Source: Planctomycetota bacterium (GTDB lineage: Bacteria > Planctomycetota > B15-G4 > SIAN01). Taken from it: a stretch of 46,647 bases of DNA. The stretch's first letter is position 1. Each line of letters opens with the position of its first letter. The notes below the pieces were generated by a model. That model was not told the origin of the DNA. It ran no database searches and was given only the letters and a program-made list of their open reading frames with translations. The position numbers were made by a program, and so were the translations under genes. The stretch is from positions 1 through 46,647 of the forward strand of contig DASRRB010000037.1 of the NCBI GenBank assembly GCA_035695985.1, read 5' to 3'. Positions 7,864 to 14,352 of this stretch are shown one piece after another.

Positions 7864-9330
7864 ATGTGCGGATTCATCGGTGTCCTCGCTCCGCGCGGAC
7901 GCGACGTCATCGGCGAGATCCACGACGGCCTGGTCTCGATCCAGCACCGCGGACAGGACGCGGCGGGCGCGTGCACCTACAACGGCCGCTTCCACATCAA
8001 GCGCGGCATGGGGCTGGTGCGCGAGGTGTTCCGCGACGACAACATCGCGCGGCTGCGCGGCAACCTCGGCATCGGCCACGTGCGCTACCCGACGGTCGGC
8101 GGCGGCAGCGTCGACGACACGCAGCCGTTCATGGTGAAGCAGCCGTTCGGCATCTCGATGGCCCACAACGGCAACCTCACCAACTTCGGCGAGCTCAAGC
8201 GCGAGCTCACCGAGCGCGACCACTACATGGTCGACAGCAACTGCGACGTCGAGGCGATCCTGCAGGTCTTCTCCCACGCGCTCGCGCAGACGGGCGTGGC
8301 GCGGCCGACCGAGGACGCGGTGTTCCGCGCGGTCGACGCGGTGTTCGAGCGCTGCAAGGGCGCCTACTCGGTGGTCGGGATGATCTCGGGGTTCGGCCTC
8401 TTCGCGTTCCGCGACCCCTACGGCATCAAGCCGATCATCATGGGGGAGCGCACCGAGAGCGACGGCAAGAAGAGCTTCTGCGTCGCGTCGGAATCGGTGC
8501 TGCTCGACCTGCTCGACTACCACCACACGTCGAGCCTGAAGGCGGGGGAGGCGATCGTCGTCCGCAACGACGGGACGCTGACGCGCCGCCAGATCCGCCA
8601 CCAGCCCCACCATCCCTGCCTCTTCGAGTGGGTCTACTTCGCGCGCCCCGACTCGTTCCTCGACAAGGTGAGCGTCTACAAGTCGCGCCTGCGCATGGGC
8701 GAGCACCTCGCCGACGCCTGGAAGAAGACGGGCATCCACGTCGACGTCGTGATGCCGGTGCCCGAGTCGGCGCGTGACGCCGCGCTCGCGCTGGCGCAGC
8801 GGCTCGGCGCCAAGTACCGCGAGGGGCTGGTGAAGAACCGCTACATCGGCCGCACCTTCATCATGCCGGGCAACCGGCTGCGCCGTAAGTCGATCCGCCA
8901 CAAGCTCAACGCGATCCAGCTCGAGTTCAAGGACAAGGACGTCCTGCTGGTCGACGACTCGATCGTGCGCGGCAACACCAGCCGCGAGCTGGTGCAGATG
9001 GCGCGCGAGGCCGGCGCCCGCAAGGTCTACTTCGCGAGCTGCAGCCCGCCGCTGAAGCACCCGTGCGTCTACGGCATCGACATGTCGACCAAGAACGAGT
9101 TCATCGCGCGCGGCCGCTCGTCGGAGGAGATCGCGAAGGAGATCGGCGCCGACTTCGTGCTCTACCAGGACCTCGCCGACCTCGAGACCTCGGTGCGCGA
9201 GGGCAACCCCGACATCGCGCAGTTCTGCACGGCGTGCTTCACCGGGAAGTACCCGACGAACGACGTCACCGAAGACGTGCTCTCCGCGATCGAGGGCGAG
9301 CGCATGCTGGCCCACAGCAAGGACGGCTGA
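7864..9330 (+). CDS. purF: Amidophosphoribosyltransferase
   Basis: RBS AAAGGTGG lies 6 nt upstream of ATG 7864. The N-terminal MCG provides the Cys nucleophile. Also present: ...GHVRYPT..., DDSIVRGNT (PRPP loop) and C-terminal Cys ligands ([10 protein letters not shown]). Confidence 0.95.
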   Translation: MCGFIGVLAPRGRDVIGEIHDGLVSIQHRGQDAAGACTYNGRFHIKRGMGLVREVFRDDNIARLRGNLGIGHVRYPTVGGGSVDDTQPFMVKQPFGISMAHNGNLTNFGELKRELTERDHYMVDSNCDVEAILQVFSHALAQTGVARPTEDAVFRAVDAVFERCKGAYSVVGMISGFGLFAFRDPYGIKPIIMGERTESDGKKSFCVASESVLLDLLDYHHTSSLKAGEAIVVRNDGTLTRRQIRHQPHHPCLFEWVYFARPDSFLDKVSVYKSRLRMGEHLADAWKKTGIHVDVVMPVPESARDAALALAQRLGAKYREGLVKNRYIGRTFIMPGNRLRRKSIRHKLNAIQLEFKDKDVLLVDDSIVRGNTSRELVQMAREAGARKVYFASCSPPLKHPCVYGIDMSTKNEFIARGRSSEEIAKEIGADFVLYQDLADLETSVREGNPDIAQFCTACFTGKYPTNDVTEDVLSAIEGERMLAHSKDG

Positions 9331-9352
9331 GCCCCGGAGGGCGAGAGGAAAC

Positions 9353-9838
9353 ATGGACGCGGTCGTCGCCTCGAACCTGGCGCTCTACCGCGCCGGCGCG
9401 GCGCTCGTCGAGAAGGCGTTCGGCGACGTGAAGCCGGACGACCTGTGGCGCCAGCCCGAGCCGCAGTGCAACTCGCTCCTCTGGCTGCTCGGCCACGTGA
9501 CGCGCCACCGCTGCATGCTGCTCGGGCGGTGCGACCCCGCGGCGCCGAAGTTCCCGTGGGGCGACGCCTTCGCTCGGGGCGGGACGCCGGGGGAGCAGGA
9601 GAAGGCGGTGCCTTTCGCCGACCTCCTGCGCTGCTTCCGGGAGACGAGCGCGCGGCTCGTCGAGCGGCTCCCTGCGCTCACCGACGCTGAACTCTCCGCC
9701 TCGCTCGGCCACAAGATGCCGCAGGGCGACGAGACGCTGCGGGGAATGGTCGCCTTCCTCGTCTTCCACGAGGCCTACCACGTCGGACAGATCGGGTACC
9801 TGAAGAAGCAGCTCGGCTACGCGCCGCTCATCCGCTGA
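9353..9838 (+). CDS. DinB-superfamily (DinB_2-like) protein
   Basis: RBS GAGAGGAAA. It is 161 aa with LLWLLGHVTRH near the N-terminus and FHEAYHVGQIGYL near the C-terminus (His triad pattern of the DinB fold). Confidence 0.8.
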   Translation: MDAVVASNLALYRAGAALVEKAFGDVKPDDLWRQPEPQCNSLLWLLGHVTRHRCMLLGRCDPAAPKFPWGDAFARGGTPGEQEKAVPFADLLRCFRETSARLVERLPALTDAELSASLGHKMPQGDETLRGMVAFLVFHEAYHVGQIGYLKKQLGYAPLIR

Positions 9839-9839
9839 C

Positions 9840-9856
9840 GGAGCGCTCGGCGCTCC
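9840..9856 (+). terminator. Hairpin after the DinB-family gene (weak terminator candidate, no U-tract)
   Basis: GGAGCGC-TCG-GCGCTCC starts 2 nt after the stop. It is followed by GATTCC rather than a T run. Confidence 0.3.
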
Positions 9857-9958
9857 GATTCCGCGCTTCAGGGGAGGCCTGATTTAGGAATTCCCTGCCG
9901 GGGCCCACCCCCTGCCCGGCGCGTCCGTAGTCGTGCGTCGACCTGCACTTCGGCTGGA

Positions 9959-9987
9959 TTGACACCTTTCCGAGGGGTTCTTAGGGT
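9959..9987 (+). promoter_or_regulatory. Sigma70-type promoter candidate (TTGACA-17 nt-TAGGGT)
   Basis: A perfect -35 hexamer TTGACA (9959-9964), an exactly 17-nt spacer, then TAGGGT (9982-9987). It sits in a 280-nt intergenic gap, about 130 nt upstream of ATG 10119. Confidence 0.4.
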
Positions 9988-10118
9988 CACCTGCCGAAGG
10001 GAATGATCGCGGAGTTCAAGTGAGTGCTGATCTAGCACCCACGTCCGCGAAGCACGGCACCGGACCGCCGGAAAGGCGTGAGTCGCAACGCCGTGCAGGG
10101 GGGGCTCTGGGGTACTCG

Positions 10119-10379
10119 ATGAAGAACACCAACTTGCCGCTTCTGAAGTTCTCCTGCGACAACCGGGAGTGCTTGTTCGAGTGCTACGTCAACCAGAACA
10201 ACAACTTGCTGACGCACTACAACCCGAACATGGCGGCCCTGCTGGATTGGCCCTGCCCGGAGTGCAAGACCGGCTTCCTGCGCTTCAGCGCGACCAACAC
10301 CAAGTTCGACTTCACCCTCCACAAGGAGGAGAAGCAGGAAGAGAAGCCGGAAGCCGCGGAACGCGCGATCCACTCCTGA
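10119..10379 (+). CDS. Small Cys-rich zinc-ribbon-like protein (86 aa), uncharacterised
   Basis: From ATG 10119, third positions are almost all G/C, as in the rest of the genome. The 33 codons between the GTG at 10020 and 10119 have many A/T third positions. Cys pattern: CDNREC..FEC ... CPEC. The tail is acidic and Lys-rich. Confidence 0.65.
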   Translation: MKNTNLPLLKFSCDNRECLFECYVNQNNNLLTHYNPNMAALLDWPCPECKTGFLRFSATNTKFDFTLHKEEKQEEKPEAAERAIHS

Positions 10380-10423
10380 CGGAGTCCTGAACCGGCGCCG
10401 TCCCGCTGGCCGAAAGAACGGCC

Positions 10424-11746
10424 ATGCGCACCTTGAAGCTCCGCTGCGGCGCCGGAACGACCGAGCTCACCGTCCCGAGCGACGCTCCGGTCCAAGAGCA
10501 CGGGATCCGGGAAGGTCTTCCCGCCGCGCGTGATCCCGCCGCGGCCCTCGCCCGCGCCCTCGATCCGCTCCGGCGCGGCGAGTTCGCCGATCTCTCCCGG
10601 GGCGGCCACGTCGGCGTCCTGCTCGACGACGCGACCCGCAGCGAGCCGCATCTCCTCGAGCTCGCCGCCGTCCTCGACCTCCTCGCCGACGCCGCCGTCG
10701 ACCGCGCCACCGTCTTCGTCTGCACCGGCACGCACGACGGCCGCATGCCGGAGAACGAGGAGCTGCTCGCCGCGCTCGCCGGGTCGGTCGGAGCCTCGCG
10801 CTTTCCCGAGGCCGAGGTGGTCATGCACGACTGCCGCGGCCCGCTTTACGAGGTCGGCCGCACCTCGCGGGGGACGCGGCTCCTCGTGAACGCCCGCGCG
10901 CGCGACGTCGACGTGTTCCTCGCCGTCGCCGACATGAAGAACCACTACTTCGCCGGGTACAGCAACCCGGTGAAGGGGCTCCTGCCGGGGATCTGCGGCT
11001 TCGAGACGGCGCGCGGCAACCATGCCCTCGCGCTCGACCCGAAGTCGACCTTCGGCCACCATCCCTGGCACCCCGACCTCGCGCGCCGCGAGCAGCCGCT
11101 CGCCGAGGACATGGTCGAGGCGGCGGGCCTCATCCTCGCCGGCCGCCCGGCCTTCGCACTCTGCCTCTTCACGCGCACGAAGCAGGAGGTGCTCTGGGCG
11201 CAGGCGGGCCCGATGTCGCAGGTCGCGGGCGTCGGGATGGCCTTCGTCGACCGCGCGACCAGCGTGACGGTCGCGCCGGCGCGCCGCGTGGTCGTCACGG
11301 CGGGCGGCCACCCGTTCGACGAGAGCCTCTACGCGGCGCAGCGCGCCCTCGAGCTCACCAAGAACGCCGTCGCCCCGTCGGGCGAGGTCCTCTTCCTCGC
11401 CGCCTGCAAGAACGGCATCGGCCCGCCCGAGGCGGTGCGCGGCTTCTACGACCGCCTGAAGGGCGACCTCGACGCCGTGCTGCGCTCGTTCGAGGGCGAG
11501 TACGAGATGTACTCGCACAAGACCTACAAGTTCGCGCGCATGCTGAAGCAGGTCGGCGCGATCCGCTGCGTCACCGACCTCGACGACGCGACGCTCGGCG
11601 CGGTCCACCTGGTGCGCGAGCGCGACCCGCAGGCGGTGCTCGACCGCTGGCTCCGCGAGAGCGCGACCGACCCGATCCTCGTCTTCCACGACGCGAGCAA
11701 GCTCGCCGTGCACGCCGCCCGCCCGGAACCGACCCGGCGGGCGTGA
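10424..11746 (+). CDS. LarA-family (nickel-pincer-dependent lactate racemase-like) protein
   Basis: LLDDATRSEP, CTGTHDG, MKNHYFAGYSNPVKG and ARGNH align with the LarA N-terminal domain (DUF2088). His174, Lys184 and His200 fall at the same numbering as the L. plantarum enzyme as I recall it. Confidence 0.85.
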   Translation: MRTLKLRCGAGTTELTVPSDAPVQEHGIREGLPAARDPAAALARALDPLRRGEFADLSRGGHVGVLLDDATRSEPHLLELAAVLDLLADAAVDRATVFVCTGTHDGRMPENEELLAALAGSVGASRFPEAEVVMHDCRGPLYEVGRTSRGTRLLVNARARDVDVFLAVADMKNHYFAGYSNPVKGLLPGICGFETARGNHALALDPKSTFGHHPWHPDLARREQPLAEDMVEAAGLILAGRPAFALCLFTRTKQEVLWAQAGPMSQVAGVGMAFVDRATSVTVAPARRVVVTAGGHPFDESLYAAQRALELTKNAVAPSGEVLFLAACKNGIGPPEAVRGFYDRLKGDLDAVLRSFEGEYEMYSHKTYKFARMLKQVGAIRCVTDLDDATLGAVHLVRERDPQAVLDRWLRESATDPILVFHDASKLAVHAARPEPTRRA

Positions 11747-11758
11747 CGCGCCGCCGCC

Positions 11759-12268
11759 TCACTGGAAGGCGTGCAGCCCCTTCGCGGCGCGCCGCCGGTT
11801 CACCGCGGCGAGGGCCGCGGGCTCGCGCGCCAGGAACTTCACGAGCTGCGACGTCGTGACGTCGAGCGTGCGCGCCGCCTTGGCGAGGTCGTCGTCGAAG
11901 CGCGCCACCACGTCGAGCGCCTCCGCGAGCAGCGTCGGGAAGTCGTCGTGCCCGACGCTCACCGCGATGCGGTGCGCCTTGCTCACGCGCGAGCGCCAGA
12001 GTTCGCTCGGGGCGTGCACCGTCCCGGCGTCGACCGGGGAGCGCAGCGCGAGCGCGAGCTCGCGCCGCAGCCGCCGGATCGCCTCGTCGCGGTTGAGGTC
12101 CTGGCTGCGCCGCTCGCCCGCCTGCGCCTGGATCCCGCTCGGCTTGTGGGTGAGGCGGACCATCGTGTCGGACTTGTTGCGGTGCTGTCCGCCGGGCCCG
12201 GGGCCGCGCGTCGTCCGGAACTCGACTTCCTTCAGCAGGAGCTCGATCGGCAGTGCGGCGGGGTGCAT
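11759..12268 (-). CDS. GGQ-motif peptide chain release factor-like / peptidyl-tRNA hydrolase domain protein (169 aa)
   Basis: ATG at 12268. The N-terminal RF-1 domain core is RGPGPGGQHRNKSDTMVRLTHKPSGI...ERRSQDLNRDEA (GGQ encoded at 12185-12193). The C-terminal ~90 aa is unrelated to the ArfB basic tail. Confidence 0.85.
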   Translation of the reverse strand: MHPAALPIELLLKEVEFRTTRGPGPGGQHRNKSDTMVRLTHKPSGIQAQAGERRSQDLNRDEAIRRLRRELALALRSPVDAGTVHAPSELWRSRVSKAHRIAVSVGHDDFPTLLAEALDVVARFDDDLAKAARTLDVTTSQLVKFLAREPAALAAVNRRRAAKGLHAFQ

Positions 12269-12295
12269 CGCGGCGGAGTGTAGAACGCTCGCCGC

Positions 12296-14281
12296 ATGAT
12301 TCGAGCCTGCATGGCCGCCGCGCTCGCCTTCGCGCAGGCCGCGCCGACCGCCACGCCGCAGGCGGTCGCGCCCGCCGCGCCGGGCGCGGCCCCGTCCGCC
12401 GAAGCGCGCCCCAACCTGCTCCTGATCACGCTCGACACGACGCGCGCGGACGAGATCGCGCCGTGGGGCGCGGGCGGCGTCGCGCCGAACCTCGACGCCC
12501 TCGCCGCGGAGAGCCTCGTCGCCGCCGTCGCGCGCGCGCCCGCGCCGCTCACGCTCCCGTCGCACACGTCGATGATGACGGGCCTCTTCCCCTTCGCGCA
12601 CGGCGTGCGCGACAACGACCTCTACCGTCTGAGCCCGAAGGCGGCGACCGTCGCCGCGCTCCTGCGCGAGGGCGGCTGGCGGACGGAGGCGGTCGTCGCC
12701 GCGACGGTGCTGCGCGCCGCGAGCGGCCTCGACCTCGGCTTCGAGAAGTACGACGACCTGCGGCTGCGGCGCGCCCGCAACCTCGCCCTCGAGGCGGAGC
12801 GCCCGGCGAACGAGATCACCGACCACGCGCTCGCGCGCCTCGCCGTCGCCGACCCGCGCCCGTGGTTCCTCTGGCTGCACTACTTCGATCCCCACTCGCC
12901 CTACGCCGCGCCCGACCCGCCGCCGCCGAGCGCCGGCCGCCGCGCCGCCTACGAGGCGGAGATCCGCTTCATGGACCGGGAGATCGGCCGCCTCCTCGCC
13001 ACGCTGCGCGCGCGCCCCGACTTCGAGCGCACCTGGATCGTCGTCACCGCCGACCACGGCGAGGGGCTCGGCCTGCAGCAGGAGCTGACCCACGCCTTCC
13101 TCTGCGAGGAGGGGACGCTGCGCGTGCCGCTCTTCGTGCGCGGCCCCGGCGGAGCGCCGCGCGGGCGGCTCGAGATGCCCGTCTCGACCGTCGACGTCGG
13201 GGCGACGCTGCTCGCCGCGGCGGGGCGGACCTTCCCGGCGCCGGTGCACGGCCGCGACCTCGTCGCCGCCTTCGCGGCGCAGCAGCGCGGCGGGAGCGAC
13301 GCCGACGCGCAGGCCGAGCGCGCGCTCTGGTTCGAGTCGTGGGCCGGCTACCACCAGTTCCGCTGGGCGCGCCTCGAAGGCGTCGTCGCCGGCCACTTCA
13401 AGTTCGTGAAGAACGTCTCCGACGAGCTCTTCAACCTCGCGCTCCCCGACGGCGAGCGGAAGAACCTCGCCGCCGAGCGCCCCGAGGTGGCGCGCGCCCT
13501 CGCCGCCCGCCTCGACCAGGTGCGCGGCGACCCGCCGATCCCTCCGCTCGACGCGGCGGCGCCCGACATGGATCCGGCCGAGGCGGCCCGCCTGCGCGAG
13601 ATCGGGTATTTCGGCCGCATGGTCGGCGAGGACGACGAGCGCGAGCGCGGCACGCTCGACCCGCGCGTCCACTACGCGAGCTACGTGAACCTCGACCTCG
13701 CCACGACGCTCGCGAAGCAGGGCCGCTACGACGACGGGATCGCGCTGCTCCGCAAGCTCTGCGACGACTACCCGAAGAACCCGAGTTTCCGCGAGTTCCT
13801 CGGCCGCGCCTGCGTCGAGGCGCGCCGCCCCGCCGACGCAGCGAAGGCCTTCGAGGCCGCGCTCGCGCTCGACCCCGACCTCGTGACGGCGAGCTTCTAC
13901 CTCGGTGCCCTGCGCCGCTCGGCCGGCGACGCGGCGGGCGCGCGCCGGCACCTCGAGCACGCGCTCGCGCTCGCCCCCGGCCACCTCGAGGCGCTGCTCC
14001 AGCTGCGCGCGGTGCACGACGAGGCGAAGGAGTTCGCCGCGGTGCTCGCCGACAGCGTCGCAATCCTCGCGATCTGCGACGAGATGGCTGACGACGACGG
14101 CGCGAAGCTCGCCGCGAACACGCTCGACGAGTGGCTGCCCGGCGTGTGCGCGAAGCTCGCCTCCGCGCCCGATCGCCGGGCGGTCCTCGCGGAAGCACGC
14201 GCCCGGATCGGCGCCGCCGCGGGACCGTTCGCGCGCCGCGCCGCCGAGCGCCTCGACGCGGAGCTCGCGCGCGAGCGTTGA
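12296..14281 (+). CDS. Sulfatase-fold (alkaline phosphatase superfamily) protein with C-terminal TPR repeats
   Basis: NLLLITLDTTRADE metal-binding block, then PLTLPSHTSMMTG (12545-12583) at the position of the sulfatase signature. The C-terminal ~200 aa has TPR-like repeats (GRYDDGIALLRKL..., AAKAFEAALALDP..., ARRHLEHALALAP...). Confidence 0.85.
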   Translation: MIRACMAAALAFAQAAPTATPQAVAPAAPGAAPSAEARPNLLLITLDTTRADEIAPWGAGGVAPNLDALAAESLVAAVARAPAPLTLPSHTSMMTGLFPFAHGVRDNDLYRLSPKAATVAALLREGGWRTEAVVAATVLRAASGLDLGFEKYDDLRLRRARNLALEAERPANEITDHALARLAVADPRPWFLWLHYFDPHSPYAAPDPPPPSAGRRAAYEAEIRFMDREIGRLLATLRARPDFERTWIVVTADHGEGLGLQQELTHAFLCEEGTLRVPLFVRGPGGAPRGRLEMPVSTVDVGATLLAAAGRTFPAPVHGRDLVAAFAAQQRGGSDADAQAERALWFESWAGYHQFRWARLEGVVAGHFKFVKNVSDELFNLALPDGERKNLAAERPEVARALAARLDQVRGDPPIPPLDAAAPDMDPAEAARLREIGYFGRMVGEDDERERGTLDPRVHYASYVNLDLATTLAKQGRYDDGIALLRKLCDDYPKNPSFREFLGRACVEARRPADAAKAFEAALALDPDLVTASFYLGALRRSAGDAAGARRHLEHALALAPGHLEALLQLRAVHDEAKEFAAVLADSVAILAICDEMADDDGAKLAANTLDEWLPGVCAKLASAPDRRAVLAEARARIGAAAGPFARRAAERLDAELARER

Positions 14282-14352
14282 GCGGCGCGCGGCGCGGCGC
14301 TCCGCGGCGCTACCATGCCGCGCCCGCTTTTCCCCCCGTTCGGAGCCTCTCG

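Noticed and set aside
5281-9354. Very long antisense or alternative-frame ORFs. Examples are 5281..9354(-) at 1357 aa, 17977..22209(-) at 1410 aa, 29886..33989(-) at 1367 aa, 13897..17142(-) and 2489..5629(-). There are also long plus-strand shadows such as 13905..18281 and 2629..5514.
   Set aside because: Their translations are monotonous Arg/Ala/Gly/Pro/Asp-rich strings with no motifs. They overlap genes with unmistakable family signatures (purF, hppA, GH38, M16, pyrB). Stop codons are simply rare in ~70% GC DNA.
10020-10118. GTG 10020 as the start of the zinc-ribbon ORF (119-aa version).
   Set aside because: About a third of the 33 extra codons end in A/T, against almost none after ATG 10119. 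The segment also carries the hairpins expected of an untranslated leader.
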